Origin: Mobula hypostoma
Taxonomy: Eukaryota
Direction of reading: 5' to 3'
Assembly (NCBI RefSeq): GCF_963921235.1
Contig: NC_086108.1
Span: 94,676,001 to 94,740,000 of the forward strand
Length of the DNA: 64,000 nucleotides
Under the pieces are notes generated by a model. The model searched no databases and was not told the DNA's origin. It saw only the letters and a program-made list of their open reading frames with translations. Position numbers and translations under genes: made by a program. Positions 11,151 to 21,480 of this stretch are shown here, piece after piece. Each line of letters begins with the position of its first letter. Within the stretch, counting starts at the first letter, position 1.

Positions 11151-14100
11151 AAATAGTCAGTGAATTAATACAGAGGCAAAGTACAGTGTTGCTTAGCTCT
11201 GAGCTGACCTCTTTGACTGCTGGTTGATTGGTGCGACATGAGATATGAAGCTGGGCCATCATTACACAGTCGGCCTTATCAATGCAGGGTATCAATAAAA
11301 GATTCTACCAATTAATGGTGACTCCAGGAATCAATTCTGTTCTTATGGTTTTACTCGTGGGAAATCGCCACGGTAATGACTACTTTATTACGAATGCAGA
11401 AATCACATGCAAGCATTTGCACAAATGACTGCCTATATTTTTGCACAGCCCTGCAACTAATGAGATCTGTGAAGATTTTCCAGATTATATTTGTTTAATC
11501 ATTTTACTTATGATGCTGATTGTTTAAAACAACCGGTCAGTTCAGATAAGCTTCAGTTTTTTGATGACAGTTACAGTTCACCATGATGAGTAATGCAAAA
11601 AAAATGTTGGCTTTGCTCACACTGTGATTTGCAGTGATTTACAATTCGATGCAATGATCACATGGCATTTACTGGCTTCTGCCTGTCTGGTCTTCGGTGT
11701 AGTGGTTGAATCAGGTGAATCATGCTCTGGTGATTGTTTCCACAAAGACCAAGCCCTAACCGGGACTCTCATTCCACACGCGTTTGTACATTTTGCTCAA
11801 AAAACTAAAGGGCTCCATGGTTTCCTTTGGATCTTGCACTGTATTGGGATCAGTTCTATAATTATCTGTGATCCTGAATTGAGCATTTTGGGCTTGTTGA
11901 TTAGTGACTGCAGTAAAAGCATTGCCTTTTGATTTATCTTGGGAGGAGCCAAGGCAAACCATTCCTCAGGAAATTAACCACAAAGGGAGATTCCATAACA
12001 GAATGAAAACACGTCAGTGGAAGGTGTTGATTGAAAGGACTTGTAGCCGCATAATGTAGTCTTCTGATGAAATAATCTCAGTTCTCTTCTATAATATAAA
12101 ACCGTTTCCAGAATAGCTCATTGCAATTATCACTTGGGGAGATTTCAATCACATCATTGAATTTGGGACTCTGCATCACATCGATGTTTCTTGTTAATTA
12201 AAACTCAGTTTCATGAATGCCATCACAAATTTAGGATCACCCATCTCCAGATCATTTGGAATGAGCCAAATTTTTGAGCTAATCCCAGAAATAACCCCAT
12301 TTGACATAGACTGCACCACAGTAATTCTGGCCCACGCTAATTTCTGAAGGAGCTTCATATATTCAGCTGCTGGGCTATTGTATCTGCAGAAGTTAATGAG
12401 TGCCTATGGTATATTCAGTTCAAAAGGTTCAAAGTAAATCTATTATCAAAGTACAAATACGTCACTATATACAACCCGGAAATTCATTTTCCGGCAGGCA
12501 TACAAGAAACACAATAGAGTCAAAGAAAGCCCGCTCCCAACAGGACAGACAAACAACCAATGTGGTAAAGAGTACCAAGTGTACAAATACAAAAGAAAAA
12601 TAAATAAATAGAGAACATGAGATGAAGAGTCCTTGAAAGTGAGTCAATAGTTGGTGGTGGACTCAGTATGTGGTCGAACCACAGTGATAGGGCTGGTGAA
12701 GTAGTTGAGTGAAGTTGTTATCCTCTCTGGATCAACAGCCTGATGGTTGAGGGGTAATAGCTGTTCCTGAACCTGGTGGTGTGAGTCCTGAGGCTCCTGT
12801 ACCTTCTACCTGATGGAAGCAGCGAGAAGAGAGCATGGCCTGGGTGGTGTAGGGGTCTTTGATAATGAATGCTGCCTTCCTGCGACAGCGCTCCATGTAG
12901 ATTAGCTCAGTGGTGGGCATTTTTTGTAGGATTTTCCATTCAAGAGCATTGGCGTTTTTGTATCAGGCCATGATGGAAGCAGACAATATACTCTCCACTA
13001 CACAGCCACAGAAGTTTGTCAAAGTTTTAGATGTCATGTTGAATCTCTGCAAACTTCTAAGAAAGTAGAGGTGCTGCCGTCCGTTTTTCATAATGGCACT
13101 CACATGCAGGACCCAGGACAGCTCTTCTGAAATGTAACACTGAGGAATTTAAAGTCGCTGATTTCCCCAATCAAGACTGGCTCATGGACCTCTGGTTTCC
13201 TTCTCCTGAAGTCAATAATTGGCTCCTTAGTTTTGCTGACCCACACTAAGAGGTTGTTGTTATGGCATGACTTAGCCAGATGTTCAATCTCCTTCCTATA
13301 TGCTGCTTTGTCACCAACTTCGATTCAGCCAACGTCAGTGAGTCGTCATCAAACTTGAATATGGCATTGGACCTGTGCCTAGACACAAAGTCATGTATAA
13401 AGCGAGTAGAGCAGGGGGCTAAGCACACAGCCTTGTGGTGCACCAGTGCTGGTCAAGATTGTGAAGGAGATGTTGGCGCCAATGTGAACTGACAGGGGTC
13501 TGCAAATGAGGAAATTGAGATTCAAATGCAGGAGGAGGGATTGAGGCCAAGGTCTTGAAGCTTATTGATTAGTTTTGAGGGGATGATAACATTGAATGCT
13601 GAGCTGTAGTCGACAATGAGTATCCTGAATTATGTACCCTTGCTATCCAGATGTTTCAGAGTTGAGTAAAGAGTCAATGAAATGGGTTCTGCTGTGGACC
13701 TAATATGACGATAGGCAAACTGGAGTGGATCCAAGTCACTTCTCAAGCAGGAGTTGATATGGTTCATCGCCAACCTCTCTAAGCACTTCATTACAGTGGA
13801 TGTAAGTTCTATTGGACAATAATCATTAAGGTAGGTTACCACATTCTTCTTAGGCACTGGTATCATTGAAGCAGTTGGACACCCCAGTCTTCCAAAAGCA
13901 GAGGTTAAAAATATCAGTGAACATTCCAGTCAGTTGATCAGCACAGTTCTTTAGTATTTGGCCGGGTGACTCACCTGGGCCGAATGCTTTCAATGGGTTC
14001 ACCCTCCTAAAGGATGCTCTCACGTCAGCCTCGGCGACCAAATCACAGGGTCATTGGCGGCTGTGGGAGTTCCCTCATGTTTTGACAGTCACAGTGAGCA

Positions 14101-14182
14101 CTGATCTCATCTGAGTTCAATGTTGGCGCCTATGTCACTTAGGTTCACTTTGTAAGAGGTAGTAACATTCAAGCTCTGCCAC

Positions 14183-14662
14183 TGCTGTTGTGTGCTGGGG
14201 CAGCAGGCTGAGGGTAGCAGACATCAACAGAATCAACAAACTCATTCATAAGGCCAGCGATGTTGTGGGGATGGAACTGGACTCTCTCACGGTGGTGTCT
14301 GAAAAGAGGATGCTGTCCAGCTTGCATGCCATCTTGGTCAATGTCTCCCATCCACTACATAATGTACTGGTTGGGCACAGGAGTACATTCAGCCAGAGAC
14401 TCATTCCACCGAGATGCAGCACAGAGCGTCATAGGAAGTCATTCCTGCCTGTGGCCATCAAACTTTACAACTCCTCCCTTGGAGGGTCAGACACCCTGAG
14501 CCGATAGGCTGGTCCTGGACTTATTTCATAATTTACCGGAATAATTTACATATTACTATTTAACTATTTATGGTTCTATTACTATTTATTATTTATGGTG
14601 CAACTGTAACGAAAACCAATTTCCCCCGGGATCAATAAAGTATGACTATTACTATTACTATT
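14183..14662 (+). mobile_element. Young Rex1 LINE 3' end
   Basis: Open frame to SFLPVAIKLYNSS...; near-identical to 17882-18310 and 31005-31331; AATAAA then TATGAC/TATTAC tail. Confidence 0.95.
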
Positions 14663-15265
14663 AAACCTGTTGCTACTGCCTGTCTTCACTATATTTCCAT
14701 GGTTTTGGAAGGATTACGGGGATCTTGAGGAAATACTGGATTAATACCATCCTTAAACCAGTAAAGAAGCTCAAATCACAGCTTATGTGGGTCAAAGGTG
14801 ACCTGGGATTCGGGTCAGTTGCCATTTACAGGATTCCCTGTGAATGCAGAGCAGCGTGTATCAGCCAGATGGGGCGAATGGCGGAAACCTGCTTCAAGGA
14901 GCACAGGAGGTGTATCCATTTGGGTTACCCGGAGAAATCGATGGTGCCATGCCAATGGCTTTTGGGACCATCTGGTAAAGGAAGCCATTGAAATAAAACT
15001 AGAGGAAAAGAATTTTAACAAAGACAAAGATCTCGCTCTAAGTAAGACCTGGAATTCAATTGTAAGCAAGGTGGGAGAGTGGAAACCTGATTGGATGAAG
15101 ACTAACCAATCAGGAGGGAGGGCCTACAGGGGTACGAATACCACGGCACTAGATATGCCCAGGCATAATCTCTGATGAATATGGCAGAGTTTGTCATTAA
15201 AACATCAGTTAAAATTGATACCTGCATCTGGCTGGAAGCCGGGAAGAGTTTATTTGTCATACACA
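14663..15265 (+). mobile_element. Penelope-like element 3' fragment of a second (Penelope/Poseidon-type) family
   Basis: IYRIPCEC.A.CISQ.GR...T.FKEHRRC (decayed GIY-YIG), KEAIEIK...NFNKD, then a hammerhead relic. Confidence 0.85.
15168..15210 (+). ncRNA. Decayed hammerhead ribozyme with long stem II
   Basis: CTGATGA-AT-ATGGCA-GAGTT-TGTCAT-TAAAACATC; stem ATGGCA/TGTCAT retained, CGAAACGTC changed to TAAAACATC. Confidence 0.65.
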
Positions 15266-16220
15266 TTAAATAATTGTTCACTCTGAATGATGTTTTGGGG
15301 ACACACCTGTTTACGACTGCTTTTATAAAGCCTGTGACAACTGTTCAGATCCTCTGATGAGTCCTTGAACATGACCCAATCCACCAACTCTAAGCAACAC
15401 TGTAGCTGTTCCTCTGTCTCCCATGGCTATCCCTTTGTTTTCCTTACCTCTAGAGCCTTGAGCTTTAGCCTATGCTTGTATGCAATAAGAGCAGGACAGC
15501 CAAGTGATAAGATTTCTTGATATTCTGTCGAGGCAAGAAACAATATTCCTGATTGTAGTATAGCAGTAGTTCAGTGTGTTGCGACCCCTGATGCTGCAGG
15601 TTATATGCTGATGATAATCGAGCAGAGATTTCTTTAAACACGTCTGATTAAAGTCCCTGGCTATGATTTTAAATTCTTGTTTGGTGATGGCAGCATTCAA
15701 TATCTCAAGTCACTGAATTAATGTTGGCTCTTGGCTGTATGCAAACTGTGTTCAGGATCACAGAGAACTCTCTTGATAAGTAAAACAGTTAGCATTTAAT
15801 TGTTAGATATTCCAGGTCATGGGAGCAAGAGTGCAACAAGACCTAGACCACTGGAGAGTTTATCATGAAACACAGCCGCCCTTCTTTTTGCCTTCTCCAA
15901 ATCAGCAGAATGGTGCCTCATGTCTGACCTCTGAATCCGGTGTGTCCAAAGTGAGCCATGACTCTGTGAAACACAGAACACAGCATTTCCTCATTTTTCT
16001 CCAACACAGCAAGTCTGCCACATCATTCAGAAGGTCATGAAATCGCTGGTTCATTAAGTCGGTTTAAGAGTACATTACAGGCTGTAGTTTGCAATGAGAG
16101 TAAATCAGAAGAGTTACAATATACTTAGAAGTTTTATAAGCAACCCACAACATATTGCCGTGGTTCACCGGTGCTATCTTGGAAAGCAATGCCATTGCAC
16201 TCTGATACTTTAAGCTAGAT

Positions 16221-16536
16221 TAATGGTCGCCAACCGGTCGATCTTTGAGACTTTTTCAGTAGATCCCCCAAAAAATAAATAAATAAACACACAAATACTG
16301 TCGTAATGTGAGCATTATAAAAATAAGTAATACTAATTAAGATAATGGTAACATAGCAATACTCCCACTACAGAAAGCTGTTTGTAAAGAGAGGTCGTTT
16401 CCGGGTTGCGGGGTTTTACTTCCAGTCTTTTCTGCCCTGTGCACATGCGTGTGACTAAACGATTTAGTAGGTCGATTTTGCCTTTCACTAAGGCCGAGGT
16501 AGGGGATCTTGGGCTTAAAAAGGTTGGCGACCACTA
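16221..16536. mobile_element. hAT-family MITE
   Basis: 15-bp TIRs TAATGGTCGCCAACC / GGTTGGCGACCACTA and perfect 8-bp TSD AGCTAGAT (16213-16220, 16537-16544). Confidence 0.95.
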
Positions 16537-16881
16537 AGCTAGATATTGTATGGTGTAGCACAGGTTTATAAGTGCCTGTAACCCAATATAAATTTTGCCC
16601 AGAGCAGATTGAACTAGTGATCAGTTCGGAGTAAATTTGCACCACTTCTGTGCATGACCCATGTTAGTTTACCTGATATTTCACTGGTAGTGTATCATTA
16701 ACTGAGCTCTGCACCTTTCTGACATAAATTGGACTGCAGGATCCCACACTTCAATCATCATGGTTGTTACAGTAGAACACATCACATTTTGTTCTTACTT
16801 TCTTCATTATTTAAAAGGACTCGCTGCTGACATAGGGACAACCTGATGGGCAGTCACTGACTGGAAAGTTCAAAGTATGTA

Positions 16882-17220
16882 TACCATCCTCCAAGCGGAC
16901 CACAACCTTTCATTGTTTGAAAGTTTGCATGCCTCAATAACCCAGAGAGATATGCTGGCTGGAGTCAGGGCCTTATGTTTTGTCTCTTGGTAGGGCCATC
17001 CATGCCAAACAGGTCAAAGGGTAGAGGTCAGACTAAGAGTGGTCCACCGGTCCTCCAGGTTTGTGGGTTCAGCTCAGGGCTAACAACCCTGACTGGTCAA
17101 ACAAAACTCTTATGGAAACAGCAGTGAAGAATCCTTCTACATCTGGCCAAGGACAGACTGAGATGGAGGACCTTCATTGCTGTCCTAAACGCCAGCAGGA
17201 GTAACAGGCAGTAAGCAAGT
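16882..17220 (+). mobile_element. Bipartite non-autonomous RTE derivative (5' UTR fused to 3' end)
   Basis: RTE/Expander-like 5' UTR (GCCTCAAT..CCC...GGTAGGG...CATGCCAAACAGGTC) joined to GATGGAGGACCTTCATTGCTG...(AAGT)n; TSD AAGTATGTA(16873-16881)/AGGTATGTA(17221-17229). Confidence 0.75.
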
Positions 17221-17555
17221 AGGTATGTACGATTTACCACACACAACCTAGAGTTTCATCTTCTTGCAGGCAGCCACAAAACAAAGAAACACAATAGAAT
17301 CCACAAAAAAAACCCAGCAAAGACCAACAAACATCCAATGTTCAAGAAAAAACTAATCTGTACAAACAATAAAAACATAAACAGATAATACGCAGAGCAT
17401 GAATCACAAAGTTCCTAGGGTGAATCCACAGCTGTGGAGCCAGTTTAGTGCTGAGATGAGTGAAGCCGGACCAGGAGCCCAATGGCTTCAAGGCAACAAT
17501 TACTCTCGACCCCTGTTCCTGCACTACCCGCCAATGGTAGCAGCGAGAAGAGAGA
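17221..17555 (-). mobile_element. Rex1 3' UTR fragment
   Basis: Same layout as 12412-12840; its tail AAGTTCAAAGT lies at 16866, left of the RTE derivative. Confidence 0.7.
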
Positions 17556-17789
17556 AGGCTGATCCACCAGATTCCAACGTCCACAGCATGAACTTCAACA
17601 GCTTGAGAGGGCTTGCTTTCCTGACATTTGGTTCCGGAGCCACTTGGGAAGTCTCAGCAGCATTCCGTGGGCCGGCTTGGCTGATTAGCCTTGGATGCTC
17701 AGGGAATATGGTCTCTGTGAGTCTGCTGGGGAAGTCAAAGCCAATGTCTGTGAATGCACAATCCTGCTGGAGGCTGGAGATGATCTGTC

Positions 17790-20700
17790 CCAGGGTTGAA
17801 AGCTGAGCGGTAGTCAATGAACAGCAGCCTGATGTAGGATTTACTATTGTCCGGGTGATCCAAGGACAAGTGGAGAGCTAGTCATAGTCATACTTTATTG
17901 ATCCCGGGGGAAAATGGTTTTTGTTACAGTTGCACCATAAATAATAAATAGTAATAAAACTATAAATAATTAAATAGTAATATGTAAATTATGCCAGGAA
18001 ATAAGTCCAGGACCAGCCTATTGGCTCAGGGTGTCTGACCCTCCAAGGGAGGAGTTGTAAAGTTTGATGGCCATAGGCAGGAATGAGTCTCTGGCTGAAT
18101 GTACTCCTGTGCCCACCCAGTACATTATGTAGTGGATGGGAGACACTGACCAAGATGGCATGCAACTTAGACAGCATCCTCTTTTCAGACACCACCGTGA
18201 GAGAGTCCAGTTCCATCCCCACAACATCACTGGCCTTACGAATGAGTTTGTTGATTCTGTTGGTGTCTGCTACCCTCAGCCTGCTGCCCCAGCACACAAC
18301 AGCAAACATGATAGCACTGGCCACCACAGACTCGTAGAACATCCTCAGCATCGTCTGGCAGATGTTAAAGGACCTCAGTCTCCTCAGGAAATAGAGACGG
18401 CTCTGGCCCTTCTTATAGACAGCCTCAGTGTACTTTGACCAGTCCAATTTATTGTCAATTCATATCCCCAGGTATTTGTAATCCTCCACCATGTCCACAC
18501 TGACCCCCTGGATGGAAACAGGGGTCACCGGTACCTTAGCTCTCCTCAGGTCTACCACCAGCTCCTTAGCCTTTTTCACATTAAGCTGCAGATAATTCTG
18601 CTCACACCATGTGACAAAGTTTCCTACCGTAGCCCTGTACTCAGCCTCATCTCCCTTGCTGATGCATCCAACTATGGCAGAGTCATCCGAAAACTTCTGA
18701 AGATGACAAGACTCTGTGCAGTAGTTGAAGTCCGAGGTGTAAATGGTGAAGAGAAAGGGAGACAAGACAGTCCCCTGTGGAGCCCCACCGCTGCTGATCA
18801 CTCTGTCGGACACACAGTGTTGCAAGCACACATACTCTGGTCTGCCAGTCAGGTAATCAAGAATCCATGATACCAGGGAAGCATCCACCTGCATCGCTGT
18901 CAGCTTCTCCCCCAGCACAGCAGGGTGGATGGTATTGAACGCACTGGAGAAGTCAAAAAACATGACCCTCACGGTGCTTGCTGGCTTGTCCAGGTGGGCG
19001 TAGACACGGTTTAGCAGGTAGACGATGGCATCCTCAACTCCTAGTCGGGGCTGGTAGGCGAACTGGAGGGGATCTAAGTGTGGCCTGACCATAGGCTGGA
19101 GCAGCTCCAGAACAAGTCTCTCCAGGGTCTTCATGATGTGGGAGGTCAATGCCACTGGTCTGTAGTCACTGAGGCCACTGGGGCACGGCGTCTTCGGCAC
19201 AGGGACGAGGCAGGACGTCTTCCACAGTACAGGAACCCTCCAGAGCCTCAGGCTCAGGTTGAATACATGGCGAAGTACTGCACATAGTTGAGGGGCACAG
19301 GCTTTGAGCACCCTGGTACTGACACCATCCGGTCCTGTAGCCTTGCTTGGGTTGAGACGCTTCAGCTGTCTTCTCACCTGTTCAGCTGTGAAGCCCACCG
19401 TGGTGGTTTCGTGTGGGGAAGGGGTATAGTCATGAGAGCAGGGTGGGGGACTGTGAGGAGGGGTAGGAGGGGAGAGTGGAATATGTGTTGGTTGGGAGCC
19501 GACAACAGATGGCTCATGTGGGGGATGGGCAGGGGCCACAGTGTCAAATCTGTTAAAGAACAGGTTAATTTCATTGGCCCTGTCCACACTGCCTTCAGCT
19601 CCTCTGTTGCTAGTTTGCCGGAAGCCAGTGATGGTCCTCATCCCCCTCCAGACCTCTCTCATGTTGTTCTGCTGGAGTTTCCACTCAAGCTTCCTCCTGT
19701 AGCTGTCTTTAGCCTCCTTGATCCTGGCTTTCAGGTCCCTGTGTATTGCCCTCAGCTCCTTCCTATTTCCATCTCTAAACGCCCTCATTTTAGCATTCAG
19801 GATGTGTTCTAGAGAGATTGCATCCCGCTGTAGACCTGTAGGCAAATTGCAGTGAGTTCAAATCCCTGCTTAGGCAGGAGTTGATTCTAGCCATGACCAA
19901 CCTCTCAAAGCACTTCAGCACAGTGGATGTGAGTGCCACTGGGTGATGGTCACTGAGGCAGCTCACCCTGCTCTTCTTGGGCACTGGCATGACTGCCGCC
20001 CTTTTGAAGCAGAGGGAACGTCTGACTGCAGCAGTGAGAGACTGAAGATGTCCTTGACACTTCTGCCGGTTGGAAGGCTCAGGTTTTCAATGCTCCACCG
20101 GGTACACCATCAGGACCTGACACCTTGCAAGGGTTCACCCTTTTGACTTCCGCCTCTGAGACCGAGATCACAGGGTCACCAGGTTCTGCAGAGATTCACA
20201 CAGGTGCAGTTTTATTTCCACTTTCGGTGTGCCTAAAAGGTGTTTAGCTCCTCTGGGAGTGAAGCATCACAGCCATTCATGATGTTAGGTTTTACCTTGT
20301 TAGAAGTAATGGCCTGCAAAACCTGCCAGAGCTGACAAGCATCCGATTCTATCTCTAACCCCAAATGGAATTATTTTTTCGCTCTTACAATAGCCTTCAA
20401 TAGGTCATGCCTGGACTTCTTGTAAAGTGCTGAATCACTGGTCTTGAATGCCACAGGTATAGTCCTCAGCAGACTACAAATCTCCTAGTTCATTCAGTTT
20501 TTGGTTTGGGTATGCCTGGTATATTTTAGAAGGCACACAGGTCTTGATGAAGTTGATGACAACTGTGGCGTGTTCATTCAGATCTGAAGAGGAATCCCAC
20601 AGTACTGTCCAGTTCGCTGACTCAGTGCAGTCCTCTAAGCACTCCTTCACTTCCCTTGACCAGGCCTTCTTGGTCCTCATCATTGGTGCTGCCGTCTTTT

Positions 20701-21430
20701 GTCTCTGCTGGGAGTAGAAGTACAGCCAGGTGATCGGACTTTCCAAAGTGCAGGCATGGATGACATGGTAAGTATTCTGGCCCCAGGGATCTTATTTTCA
20801 TTATGGATGTCTAGTCCCTATACACCCCTAGTCCACAGGTGATTAGTTAGGGTTGTTGTTCAGAGACATCTTTAAGATGGCCTGGTTGAAATCTGTAATG
20901 ACCGGGAAGGCATTAGTGTGCACTATTTGTGACTGCTGATCACAGTGCTCGGCTCCCCCAGTGTCAGCCTGATGTTGGCCTGAGGTGGAATGTACACCAC
21001 CACCAGGATGATAGCAGAAAACTCCCTCTACAGATAAAATGGATCACACTTTACCACTAGATGTTCCAGGTCAGGTGAGCAGGAGTGAGACGGAACCACC
21101 ACGTCTGTGCATCACGATAAGTTAATTATGAAGCATACTCCTCCTCCTCTATATTTAAGACTCAACTGACATGTCTTTGCGGAGATTGGGGAATTGGGCA
21201 TCGGGCTGCAGCTCTGCATCCAGAATTCCAAATGTGAGCCACGTTTCCATAAAGCAAAGTACATAGCAGTCCCTGATATCCCTCTGGTACTTTAATCATG
21301 CTATAAGATCTTCAGTTTTATTTTCCAGAGACTGTACATTCACCAGAAAGATAGTTGGGGGTGGGGAAAGGGTTTAAGGTCTCTGTGTTTCAATCGTACC
21401 TGCAGACTAGCACACCTTCCCCACTTCCAT
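17790..21430 (-). mobile_element. Old Rex1 LINE (endonuclease to mid-RT), host of the young Rex1 (pieces 17790-17881 and 19809-21430)
   Basis: NVQSLENK near 21330, WSREVKECLEDC.ESANW, PVPKK..PVALTS, LQFAY; resumes [13 protein letters not shown] at 17790-17840. Confidence 0.85.
17882..19808 (-). mobile_element. Young Rex1 LINE, 5'-truncated, with complete RT domain
   Basis: 461-aa ORF with GPDG, DYRPVALTS, FFDFSSAFNTI, GAPQGTVLSP, KFSDD; TGA at 18460 then in-frame continuation; (TATGAC)n tail; possible CTAG TSD. Confidence 0.95.
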
Positions 21431-21480
21431 TTTCTTAAAGGGGACCAGTATATCCATAGCCTAAGGGTATGTGGGTTGAA

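Larger units (their letters stand above)
12412..15830 (-). mobile_element. Old Rex1 LINE, long decayed copy (pieces 12412-14182 and ~15270-15830)
   Basis: PVPKK...LNDY.P..LTSTVMKCLERL, LDPLQFAYR, KF.DD; endonuclease remnants (DFNQ..LK..L..YHQHITC) at 15470-15700. Confidence 0.85.

Noticed and set aside
11624..11962. Overlapping 102- and 68-aa ORFs
   Set aside because: No homology I can recognise and no convincing splice structure.
19288..19812. Long antisense ORFs over LINEs (also 22261-22662, 23440-23955, 27007-27570, 48547-49005)
   Set aside because: Shadow frames of retroelement coding sequence.
18460..19845. 461-aa ORF as an intact RT gene, with FSDD as an unusual active site
   Set aside because: The start codon comes from flanking older Rex1 sequence, the ORF ends at a premature stop, and FSDD is ordinary for Rex1.
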